From contig LSNS01000004.1 in the NCBI GenBank assembly GCA_003056205.1, forward strand, positions 188,630 to 252,629: a DNA stretch of 64,000 bases. The letters run 5' to 3'. Positions 8,815 through 17,595 of the stretch are shown here, in pieces (within the stretch, counting starts at the first letter, position 1; every line of letters starts with the position of its first letter). Source of the DNA: Parcubacteria group bacterium M6-OD1-4. GTDB taxonomy: Bacteria > Patescibacteriota > Patescibacteriia > Patescibacteriales > UBA12465. Both the position numbers and the translations under genes were made by a program. The notes beneath the pieces are model-generated. The model was not told the origin of the DNA. It worked only from the letters and a program-made list of their open reading frames with translations, and searched no databases.

Positions 8815-10840
8815 ATAGTGGTAACTTACCGACCGCTTGTAGAGATTTAACTTCCTGTAAATAATGGCGAGCGGTAATATTGTTTCTATCCAGATTTTGA
8901 GCTTTTCGCCAAGACTGAGCCGCTTGTTGATAATTGCCTAAACGCCAATAAACTAGGGCTTCTTGATTATAAACCGCTGGTAAGTGATAACCCGCTTGAA
9001 AAGCACGAGAAAAGTAATTTAAAGCCACTTGTAAATCAAGGGCATCTTGACTATGAGCATATAAGGATCCTAAAGAAAATAAAGCTTGGCGATTATTAGG
9101 AAAAGTAAAAAGAATATTTTGATAGATAACTTGAGCAATATCTTCTTGACCCAGCTCTTGAGCCAAGAAGGCTAAATTGAATTTCTCCCTTAGATTAGAA
9201 TGCAAACTTAAATGACGTAAACGAGCACGCAAAGCTAAATTATTTAAAGTCAATTTTTTAATTACTAATGGATTAGTAGTTTTTTTATTAAGGAGAATAA
9301 GAGAATAACGACCAAAATAAACTAAAGACCAATTTTTGTCTTTCAAAATAAAAGGTAAAAACTTTTGGGCCCAAGGAGTAGAATCGGTATAAGCGAAAAA
9401 AATAGTTTGAAAATGATATTGATTACTAATTTTTTTCCAAACCACGGGATTGTTTTGCAGAGGCTTATAAATATTTTCAAAAAATTTAACGGGATAAGCT
9501 TCCGGACGATTATCAACAAAAACTCGTTCTTGAGGATAAAGCCAAAAGATTAAGGCACTACCTAGATCATAATTATTAAAAATAGGACCTTTTAATTTAT
9601 GATCTTTAAAAAAATTTGAAGCGTTAGTACTGCCAGTCGCTAAACCCCAGCCAAAAGAATTTTTAATAAAATTTTGCTGACTAATAAAATTACTTCCTAA
9701 ATAAAGAAGGCTAACAATAATTAATATTAATAAAGTGATAGACAAATAAAGAGGTTTAATTTTTTGATAAATTAAATTAATCAAAACTTTCTTATTAAAA
9801 CCATTTTTTAGACTCATTAGATTAGTACTAATCAAAACCAAGGCAATTAAAGCGAATAAAGAAATATTACGAGAAGCAAATAGTCCAAGACCAGCAAAAA
9901 AAATCATTAAAAAAGTTGAGAACAGTTGTAATTTTTTGCTAATCAGCCAGTTTAAGGCCCAACTTAAAATCAATAGTAATAATAAAACTTTAAAAATAAT
10001 AAAATTATAATTAACCATTAAATGACTAAGATAAAAAATACTTTTATTCTCAGCAATTTGATAACCGTAATGACGTAAAATAACAAAAGGATAAATCAAG
10101 CCCCGCCAGGTATTGGGATTTATTAAACAAACTAGAGTTAATAAAATAAAATTTTTAATCCAAGGACCTGCTCGCCGCCAAGCCAATTGCCAACGATCTG
10201 GAAAGCTGGTTAAACGCTGACCCAGGGGTGGCAAAAATTCAGCGAGAGCCTTAAAACCTAATAAAGCTAAACCAATAAAAAAATAAATATGAAGATTAAC
10301 CCATAAAATAAAAATGGGGACTAACCAATATAAACGACGATAATTTTTAGTAGTTGCTACCCGGTCAATAATCAACCAAGTTAAAATAATAAATAAATAA
10401 CTAAAAGCCTCAGGACGAATATTAATCCGTTCAGTTAACAAAAAAATAACTGGTAACGATAAAAAGCTAGCCAAATAAAAATTACTTTTTTTACGAGCAA
10501 AATTAAAAGTTAAAGCAAAAATTAATACCGCTAACAAAGCATTAAATAGAGAAAGTAGCTTAAAGCCTCCCCATAAATAGATAGTGTAAAAAACTACTCC
10601 CGCAAACCAATGATGATTGATAAATGGAAAATTCGTTTCGGTATAAGAATAGAGGTTGGTATAAAGAACTTGGCTATTTTGCCAAAGAACTTTTCCATTC
10701 TCTAAGTGTCGCCCAAGATCAATGGAGCTGAACTCAATTTTCTGAGAATGAATTATAAAAATCAGAGATAATAATCCGCAGATAATTAAAATTTTAAATA
10801 CTTTCTCAATCTTGATTTTATGAAATATAGAATACTTCAT
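8807..10840 (-). CDS. Polytopic membrane protein with C-terminal TPR repeats (GT-C / ArnT-PMT-like glycosyltransferase candidate)
   Basis: 677 aa with about 12 predicted TM helices, then a soluble C-terminal region of TPR-like repeats (ALFSLGSLYA, ALNYFSRAFQ, YNQEALVYWRLGNYQQAAQSWRKA). Convergent with the GT2 gene, overlapping it by 8 nt. Confidence 0.45.
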   Translation of the reverse strand: MKYSIFHKIKIEKVFKILIICGLLSLIFIIHSQKIEFSSIDLGRHLENGKVLWQNSQVLYTNLYSYTETNFPFINHHWFAGVVFYTIYLWGGFKLLSLFNALLAVLIFALTFNFARKKSNFYLASFLSLPVIFLLTERINIRPEAFSYLFIILTWLIIDRVATTKNYRRLYWLVPIFILWVNLHIYFFIGLALLGFKALAEFLPPLGQRLTSFPDRWQLAWRRAGPWIKNFILLTLVCLINPNTWRGLIYPFVILRHYGYQIAENKSIFYLSHLMVNYNFIIFKVLLLLLILSWALNWLISKKLQLFSTFLMIFFAGLGLFASRNISLFALIALVLISTNLMSLKNGFNKKVLINLIYQKIKPLYLSITLLILIIVSLLYLGSNFISQQNFIKNSFGWGLATGSTNASNFFKDHKLKGPIFNNYDLGSALIFWLYPQERVFVDNRPEAYPVKFFENIYKPLQNNPVVWKKISNQYHFQTIFFAYTDSTPWAQKFLPFILKDKNWSLVYFGRYSLILLNKKTTNPLVIKKLTLNNLALRARLRHLSLHSNLREKFNLAFLAQELGQEDIAQVIYQNILFTFPNNRQALFSLGSLYAHSQDALDLQVALNYFSRAFQAGYHLPAVYNQEALVYWRLGNYQQAAQSWRKAQNLDRNNITARHYLQEVKSLQAVGKLPLFK

Positions 10841-10865
10841 TAATTAAACTAAAGTTAATAATAAT

Positions 10866-11684
10866 TTAAAACCAATGCAGGAGTCGTTGGCGACGATTAC
10901 TAAAAACTATTAAAAATATAAATAACATTGTTAAAACGATTGTCCCTCCGGTGGAAAGATTAAAATAGAAAGATAAAAACATTCCCGCAACTACTGAAAA
11001 TATTGAAAAAATTTCCGCATATAGAATTGTTTGGCGAAAACCTTTCTTAAGTTGCAAGGCGGTAACTACGGGAATAACAATCAAAGCCGCAATTAATAAG
11101 ACCCCCACAATGGGAATTGCTAAAGAAACGGTAAAGGCCGCTAAAATAATAAAAACTAAATTAAGGAATTTTAAAGGTAAACCGCTAACTTGAGCCGCTT
11201 CTTCATCGAAAGTAATAAAAACTAATTCTTTAAAGAAAAGTAAAAGAGTGGCCATCACAATTAATGCTAAAACAGCTATTTCATAAACATTACTAATTGT
11301 CACCGTCACAATACTCCCAAATAAATAATTAAATAGACTAGTATTAAAGCCATGGGCTAGACTGAGTAAAACAATCGCTAGTGCTAAACCTCCTGATAAA
11401 TATAGAGCTAAGGCAGCATCACTATATAATTTTTTAGAATTTCTTAATTTTTCAATTCCTAAAGCAGCTAGAACGGTTGTTCCGAGAGCGGTCAGAGCCG
11501 GGTTCAAGCCAAATAATAATCCAAAAGCAATACCGGCTAAAGAGACATGGCTTAAGGTGTCAGCAATTAGTGAATATTTTCTGAGAACTAAAAAAATTCC
11601 AATTAAAGGAGCAATAATCGCCACAATTAAACCAGCGATTAAACCACGAATAATAAAATCATATTGGAAAATACTCAATAACAT
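10866..11684 (-). CDS. Metal ABC transporter permease (ZnuB/TroCD type)
   Basis: 272 aa, highly hydrophobic, with the typical ABC-3 family layout (ADTLSHVSLAGIAFGLL). It sits in an operon with an ATPase and a cluster-9 binding protein. Confidence 0.8.
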   Translation of the reverse strand: MLLSIFQYDFIIRGLIAGLIVAIIAPLIGIFLVLRKYSLIADTLSHVSLAGIAFGLLFGLNPALTALGTTVLAALGIEKLRNSKKLYSDAALALYLSGGLALAIVLLSLAHGFNTSLFNYLFGSIVTVTISNVYEIAVLALIVMATLLLFFKELVFITFDEEAAQVSGLPLKFLNLVFIILAAFTVSLAIPIVGVLLIAALIVIPVVTALQLKKGFRQTILYAEIFSIFSVVAGMFLSFYFNLSTGGTIVLTMLFIFLIVFSNRRQRLLHWF

Positions 11685-11731
11685 AAGTTTCTAAAAATTA
11701 ATAAACTTGAAAAATAAACGAACTAAAATAA

Positions 11732-12466
11732 TTAATATTTATTATCAGAAAAATGTCGCTCAGTAGAAAAATCATTAGGCGAATTATAATAAGTTAAAAA
11801 TTTATCTAAATAGGCAATATGCATTACTTCTCTGGTAAGACGGGCGGTATCATGAGAAACTAACACTAAACTTAAACCCATATTCTGATTAAGATTTTTT
11901 AATAATTTATAAAAATCATCTTGAGACGCTTGATCAATACCCGTCGTCGGTTCATCTAAAAAAATAAGTTCTGGCTGGCTAACCAAAGCCCGAGCAATAA
12001 AAACTCTTTGTGCTTGTCCTCCAGATAAATTACCAATTAATTCCTGTTGATACTCTCGCATTTTAACCTGTTCTAGCGAATTATCTATTATTTTAAAATC
12101 TTGACTATCCAAACGATGAAATAATCCTCGCCGAGCATAGCGCCCCATAGAAACTACCTCCCGTACCGTCGCTGGAAAATTAGTATCAAAATTTGTTGCC
12201 TGCTGAGGAACATAACTAATTTTAGAATAATCTTTAAAATCTTTAATATCCACCCCAAATAATTTGATTTGTCCTTGGAAAGAAGTGAGTAATCTTAAAA
12301 GAACTTTTAATAAAGTAGTTTTACCAGCTCCATTTGGCCCAACAATTCCCAGATAATCCCCCTGATGAATATTTAAGGAAATTTGATTTAAAATTAGTTG
12401 AGATTTATAAGCAAAGGAAAGTTTTTTAATTTCAACAATATTATGATGGTGATTTAATTTTAACAT
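11732..12466 (-). CDS. Metal ABC transporter ATP-binding protein (ZnuC type)
   Basis: Walker A GPNGAGKTT, signature LSGGQAQR and Walker B LIFLDEPT. Confidence 0.9.
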   Translation of the reverse strand: MLKLNHHHNIVEIKKLSFAYKSQLILNQISLNIHQGDYLGIVGPNGAGKTTLLKVLLRLLTSFQGQIKLFGVDIKDFKDYSKISYVPQQATNFDTNFPATVREVVSMGRYARRGLFHRLDSQDFKIIDNSLEQVKMREYQQELIGNLSGGQAQRVFIARALVSQPELIFLDEPTTGIDQASQDDFYKLLKNLNQNMGLSLVLVSHDTARLTREVMHIAYLDKFLTYYNSPNDFSTERHFSDNKY

Positions 12467-12502
12467 ATTAACAATAATTTACTGTCTAGTAATTATTCTT
12501 TA

Positions 12503-13450
12503 TTAATGGCACTCTAAGGCAATTTTTAAATTTTTCAGATTAGAACGCATTTCGGTAAAATAGTTTTTACCCTCTTGCACTTCCTGGGGAGTTAAACCTT
12601 CAATGGGATTAAGTTCTAAGGTCTGAGCACCAACTTCTTGAGCAATAGTATCAGCTAATTTTGGACTAACTAAACTTTCAAAAAAGATATATTTTATCTT
12701 TTGCTTCCGAACTAATTTCACTAAACTAATTAATTGTTTTGGAGAAGGTTCAGAATTAGGAGACAAGCCAGCAATGGGCACTTGCTGTAGTTGATATTGG
12801 CTAGCTAAATAACCAAAGGCGGCATGAGCGGTCACAATATCTTTTTGTTGACAATCTTTTAAAGTTTGAAGATACTCTTGATCTAAAACTTGTAATTTAA
12901 TTTTAAGCTCTTGGGCACGATGTTGATAATAATCTCGATGTTGAGGATCAACCTTAATAAAGCCCGCACTAATTTTATCTACCATTCTTTGAGCTAAAAT
13001 TGGACTCAACCAAACATGAGGATCAACGATAGAACGTCCATCACGATTTATCTGACGATTTGTTAAACCAGCTGCAGCGATAATTAAAACTGTTTGATGG
13101 GGATTAATAAGCTGTTTAATGTGCGGTCCCCAAGCTTCTAAATGGCCACCATTAAGGATTAATAATTGGCTATTTTCAATTTTGATCATATCCGCTGGAG
13201 TTAATTCATAATCATGCGGTTCGGCCCCAGCGGGCGTAATATTGACTACTGTCGCCCACTGACCACCAATTTCTTGAGCCAGGAAATATAAAGGATAAAA
13301 GCTAGCAACAACTTTAATTTGATTAATCTGCTGAGTTTTATTCTTAACTATAAAAGATTTTTTAGAAAAAAAAGTAATAAAAAAAACTATCAGAATCAAA
13401 ACACTAAATGAAATACCAATAATAATAAAATTTTTATTTTTCTGAGACAT
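12503..13450 (-). CDS. Metal (Zn/Mn-type) ABC substrate-binding protein, ZnuA/TroA family
   Basis: Motifs GAEPHDYELTPAD, DPHVWLSP and HAAFGYL give the conserved metal-liganding His/Asp pattern. No His-rich loop is present, so metal specificity is uncertain. The start was moved to MSQKNKNF (ATG at 13450), which removes the overlap with the regulator gene. Confidence 0.8.
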   Translation of the reverse strand: MSQKNKNFIIIGISFSVLILIVFFITFFSKKSFIVKNKTQQINQIKVVASFYPLYFLAQEIGGQWATVVNITPAGAEPHDYELTPADMIKIENSQLLILNGGHLEAWGPHIKQLINPHQTVLIIAAAGLTNRQINRDGRSIVDPHVWLSPILAQRMVDKISAGFIKVDPQHRDYYQHRAQELKIKLQVLDQEYLQTLKDCQQKDIVTAHAAFGYLASQYQLQQVPIAGLSPNSEPSPKQLISLVKLVRKQKIKYIFFESLVSPKLADTIAQEVGAQTLELNPIEGLTPQEVQEGKNYFTEMRSNLKNLKIALECH

Positions 13451-13454
13451 ATTT

Positions 13455-13892
13455 TTAAAAATGTTTTTTAGAACAACAATCACATAAACCATAAAATTCC
13501 AAAGAATGATCGATAATTTTAAAGTTTAATTGTTGAGAAATTTGTTTTTCTTGTTTAATTAAAACATTCTCTAGGACAACACGTTTAATTTGGTGGCAAG
13601 ACAAACAAACAAGGTGATGACTATGTTTTTCTAATTTCAATTCATAACGTTTAATACCATCTTTAAAAACGACTTCATTAATAATGTTTTTTTGTAATAA
13701 AAAAGCTAATTCACGATAAATCGTTGTTTTATTTACAACTATTTGACAATAAGATAAACGCTGTTTTATTTCCAAAGCCGAAAAAGGCTGAGGACAATTT
13801 AAAATTTTCAATATCTCTGTTCGTGTTTTAGTTTGTCGACAACCAAGTAATTTTAATTTACGTTCTACTTCTAAAGGATTAATAATTTTCAT
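13455..13892 (-). CDS. Fur-family metalloregulator (Zur-like)
   Basis: It has a winged-helix domain, EKHSHHLVCLSCHQ and a C-terminal CDCC metal-site pattern. The start is set at MKIINPLEV (ATG 13892) because the promoter lies at 13900-13928, inside the longer track ORF. Confidence 0.75.
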   Translation of the reverse strand: MKIINPLEVERKLKLLGCRQTKTRTEILKILNCPQPFSALEIKQRLSYCQIVVNKTTIYRELAFLLQKNIINEVVFKDGIKRYELKLEKHSHHLVCLSCHQIKRVVLENVLIKQEKQISQQLNFKIIDHSLEFYGLCDCCSKKHF

Positions 13893-13899
13893 TACTATA

Positions 13900-13928
13900 A
13901 TAATAATGCAACTAAGTTGCATTGTCAA
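13900..13928 (-). promoter_or_regulatory. Sigma70-type promoter of the zur/metal-ABC operon, with a 19-bp palindromic operator in its spacer
   Basis: The minus strand reads TTGACA(13928-13923)-17 nt-TATTAT(13905-13900), then 7 nt to the ATG. The perfect palindrome AATGCAACT-A-AGTTGCATT occupies 13905-13923. Confidence 0.6.
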
Positions 13929-13951
13929 CTTTAAATTAAATATTAAGAATT

Positions 13952-15124
13952 CTAATTATTATTTACCTTCTGTTTTAATTTTTTATCTCCTTGAAGATAA
14001 CGTGCTGCTAACCAAGTCGTAATCGGTACTGATAAGCTTAAACCAATTACTCCAACTAAAGTCCGCACGATTTCTGTTGATATTTTTTCACTATTAACTA
14101 TTTGGAAAAAAGATAAAAAAGGCGTTTGATGCAAACCAATTAAAACTATTAACGGCAAAGACATACCAACATAAGCCAAAAATAAAGTATTAACAACTGC
14201 GCCTAAATGAGCCCGACCAACTTTCATGCTCATTGTAAAAGTTTTTTTAAATGGCAAACGAGGATTAAGAGAACGAATTTGAGTTACAACTTCAACTTGA
14301 CCAATAACAATATCATCCAAAATACCTAAAGTTCCAATAATTATAGCTGCTAATAATAAGCCCTGAAAATTAATTGCTGGGCCAGCTTCTATTAAATAAG
14401 TTACTTCTTCCTGTGCCGTACCAGTTAAATGAGCTAAATTACTAAAAAATATTGCCAATCCCGCAGTAACAATTAATGATATCAAAATACTTAATAAAGC
14501 AATATGAGATTTTTTATTAATTCCATTAGTTAAATAAACAATAATTAATAAAATTACAAAAGATCCGAGGCCTCCTACTAATAATGGGTTAAAGCCTTGA
14601 ATTATCAAAGGAATCATAACTTTAATAATAAAAACAAAACTCAAAGATAAAGATAAGATTGCTTTTAAACCTTGACTGCGACCAATTAATAGAATAACAA
14701 CAATAAATAATAGCAATAACCACCACAAAGAATTCTCCCGGATATAATTCATGATATAAAAAGTGTTTTGTCCATTAAGACCTGCGCTGTAATTTACTAC
14801 TACTTTATCACCTGCTTTATAAACATTATTACCAACAACATCTAATTTGGAAATGCCTTGATATTTAACAAGTTTACCAGTTAAAGGGCCAGTCAATATT
14901 TTTAATTGTAAATTTTGCTGTTTAGATTTAGCACCATTATTTCTTGTAATAATTCGTTCTTGTAAAACTTTTAAAACCTGAGCTTGGGCTGAATGAGTAA
15001 CAATGGTTTGATTAACATTAGAATTAATATTTGCTGTTTGAGAAACAGCTAAAACTGGTCTAACAAAAGAAAATAATAGAAGACTAACAATAAAAAATTT
15101 TATTATTTTTAACATAAAATTCAT
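13952..15124 (-). CDS. YibE/F-like integral membrane protein
   Basis: 390 aa with a signal/anchor, an ~120-aa extracytoplasmic domain, then about 7 TM helices. This layout and the GRSQGLKA segment recall the YibE/F family, recognised from memory only. Confidence 0.5.
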   Translation of the reverse strand: MNFMLKIIKFFIVSLLLFSFVRPVLAVSQTANINSNVNQTIVTHSAQAQVLKVLQERIITRNNGAKSKQQNLQLKILTGPLTGKLVKYQGISKLDVVGNNVYKAGDKVVVNYSAGLNGQNTFYIMNYIRENSLWWLLLLFIVVILLIGRSQGLKAILSLSLSFVFIIKVMIPLIIQGFNPLLVGGLGSFVILLIIVYLTNGINKKSHIALLSILISLIVTAGLAIFFSNLAHLTGTAQEEVTYLIEAGPAINFQGLLLAAIIIGTLGILDDIVIGQVEVVTQIRSLNPRLPFKKTFTMSMKVGRAHLGAVVNTLFLAYVGMSLPLIVLIGLHQTPFLSFFQIVNSEKISTEIVRTLVGVIGLSLSVPITTWLAARYLQGDKKLKQKVNNN

Positions 15125-15131
15125 CGAATAT

Positions 15132-16496
15132 CTATTTACTATTTAATTGATCAATATCTTTTTGGTAGCGGTTAGCAGTGGCTATCACACTATCACCATA
15201 AAAACTAAAAGCAGGATTTGTTCCTCCAGAAAAATAACGCATTGCTGCTGCCCATTCACCAGCTCGGGAACCTGCCCCATCAGCTCTCAATTTTAGACCA
15301 GCAGCTAAAAAAGCATCACGAATATTCCAGGGATTGGCCGTCTGTCCAGTAATGGCCGTAATTTTAGACCGATATCCCAACCAAGTAGAAGGAATAAATT
15401 GTGCGGGGCCCATTGCTCCTCCCCAACCCATTTGTTTACCACTCTTATAATACATCGGGCAAGAGATAGGAGTAATATTAATATTCAATCCTAAAGATTT
15501 AGTAATTTGAATAAAGGGTTTCTGATCTCGCCGCGGGCTCATCACCACTCGCCAACTTTTACTCGGAGGATCACCTTGACGATTACAGGTTCCGACATTA
15601 CGCCCTAAATTGGACTCTTGAGTTAAAATCGCTAACAATAAAGCAGCACGAACTCCGGTTGCTTGAGAAGTAGCTTGAGCAATTTGGACCGCTTGACCAA
15701 AAGTAATTTGTTTATTAGCAGCAACAGTTACTAAACTATAAATACGATTACGAATAATCGTCGCTTGTTGTTTGTTTTTTTTGAGCGTGGCCTGATAATT
15801 GGCTTCTTGACCGCGCGTTTGCCATAATAAATTATTTTTTTCTTGAATATTTTGAGCAACTTGATTGTTTTGTAAATCAATAATTCTGGCTAAATTCTGT
15901 TGAGCCTCTTTCTGACTAGTGATTAATTGCTGTGTTTTTTGTAGTTGACTCTTTTGATATTCTAGAGAATTGGCTAATTTATTTAGATTAACGGTAATAT
16001 TTTCTAAACTATGTAAATTATTATAGAAATCAGAAAAATTATGGACACTTAAAAACAAATCGAATAAAGAGGTTTGTTTAGTGCGCCAAAGCTTATTAAT
16101 AATTACCGCTAAATACTGTTGCAATTCGGTAATTTTTTTTTGATTTTGATTGAGTTGAAATTGCGCTTGAGTTAATTGAACAACTGAACGGTCAAGATTA
16201 ATGGAGTTCGCTTGGATTTTTAATATCAAGCCTGCTTTTTGAATACTCAATTGGGTAAGACGATTTGCGAGAGTGTTCTTTTCTCGTCTAACTCGTACTA
16301 AAGATTGTTGATTTTGAGTAATTTGTTGTTCAATATTTCTTAACTGCTGTTCTAAGCGTGCTCGTTCTATCTCTAAAGATTGGTTCTGACTACTCTGAGC
16401 AAAAGAATTTAAACTTCCCGAGAACAAAAAAACTAGCAAAATTAAAAAATATAATAATATTTTTTTCATAATAATATTATTATACCATGTTTTCAC
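15132..16496 (-). CDS. Secreted coiled-coil protein with a C-terminal lytic transglycosylase (SLT-like) domain
   Basis: It has a signal peptide and ~220 aa of Q/L/N-rich heptad coiled coil. The C-terminal part carries AILTQESNLG (catalytic Glu-Ser context) and GPAQFIPSTW, typical of SLT/MltB-type domains. An alternative start at MKKILLYF (16469) is plausible. Confidence 0.7.
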   Translation of the reverse strand: MKTWYNNIIMKKILLYFLILLVFLFSGSLNSFAQSSQNQSLEIERARLEQQLRNIEQQITQNQQSLVRVRREKNTLANRLTQLSIQKAGLILKIQANSINLDRSVVQLTQAQFQLNQNQKKITELQQYLAVIINKLWRTKQTSLFDLFLSVHNFSDFYNNLHSLENITVNLNKLANSLEYQKSQLQKTQQLITSQKEAQQNLARIIDLQNNQVAQNIQEKNNLLWQTRGQEANYQATLKKNKQQATIIRNRIYSLVTVAANKQITFGQAVQIAQATSQATGVRAALLLAILTQESNLGRNVGTCNRQGDPPSKSWRVVMSPRRDQKPFIQITKSLGLNINITPISCPMYYKSGKQMGWGGAMGPAQFIPSTWLGYRSKITAITGQTANPWNIRDAFLAAGLKLRADGAGSRAGEWAAAMRYFSGGTNPAFSFYGDSVIATANRYQKDIDQLNSK

Positions 16497-16533
16497 AAGA
16501 GACTATATTAATCATAAAAATTGAAAAAAGTAA

Positions 16534-17544
16534 TCAAAAATTGATGATTGTTTTTATTCTCTTGTCTTGATAAGCGGCTGCTTCTCGAAAAGCCCGAATA
16601 CCATCTTGGGCCCGATAACGATGAGTAATTAAACTTTTCAAATCTATCTTTTTAGCGGCAACTAGCTCAATAGAAGGTAAGAAAGAAAAAGCGCAGGTCC
16701 AAGAACCATGAACATTTAATTCTTTCTTCACAATATTCATTAAATTTATTTTGGAGGCAGTTTCAAAAACTCCTAAAGTAAAGACCTCACCGCCACGACG
16801 GGTAATTTCTAGAGCTAATTCTGCCGTACTTGCTTGACCAACCACTTCAAAAGCTATGTCTGCTCCCCACGGAGCAATCTTTTTCAGAACCTGCACTAAA
16901 TCCTGTCGTTGATTGTTAACAACGAAATTAGCCCATTTCTTCCGTTTGGCTATTTGTAATCGCCAACTAGCAATATCAACGCCAATTACTACTGCTCCAC
17001 TTTGTTGTAAAACTTGATCAAGCAAAAGACCAACTGGTCCTTGACCAATAACCACAATCTTTTTATCTAATAAGGAACCTGCTTTATGAGCAGCATAGTA
17101 GGCAATTGATAAGGGTTCAATCATTGCTCCCTCTTCAAAACTTAACTGCGCTGGTAATTTATAAACTAAATGAGCTGGAATCGCTAAATATTCAGCCAAA
17201 GCTCCTGGTAATTGTAAACCAATCACTTTAGAATTCGGACATAAATTAGGCTTACCAGATAAACAATAATAGCATTTGCCACAACTAACTACATGTTCGC
17301 CAGTGACTCGGTCATTAATTTTAAAATTTTGAACTTGACTACCAATTTCTACAACAATTCCAGAAAATTCATGCCCCATTGTCAAGGGTGTGGGTAAATT
17401 CATTCCCCCATTATAAATATGTAAATCAGTGCCGCAAATACCCACGCTTTTAATTTTCAATAGAACTTCATGGGCTTTAATTCGGGGCTTAGGGACATTA
17501 ATATATTTCAAAGTCTTGGGCCCAGTATAAACAATACTTTTCAT
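16534..17544 (-). CDS. Zinc-dependent medium-chain alcohol/polyol dehydrogenase
   Basis: GICGTDLHIY, GHEFSG, the structural-zinc Cys cluster (CGKCYYCLSGKPNLC) and the Rossmann motif GQGPVGL are present. The gene ends on a TGA stop. Confidence 0.85.
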   Translation of the reverse strand: MKSIVYTGPKTLKYINVPKPRIKAHEVLLKIKSVGICGTDLHIYNGGMNLPTPLTMGHEFSGIVVEIGSQVQNFKINDRVTGEHVVSCGKCYYCLSGKPNLCPNSKVIGLQLPGALAEYLAIPAHLVYKLPAQLSFEEGAMIEPLSIAYYAAHKAGSLLDKKIVVIGQGPVGLLLDQVLQQSGAVVIGVDIASWRLQIAKRKKWANFVVNNQRQDLVQVLKKIAPWGADIAFEVVGQASTAELALEITRRGGEVFTLGVFETASKINLMNIVKKELNVHGSWTCAFSFLPSIELVAAKKIDLKSLITHRYRAQDGIRAFREAAAYQDKRIKTIINF

Positions 17545-17595
17545 AAAAATAAAATTAATATTTAAAAATTGATCTTAACAATTAAGACCTCTCTA

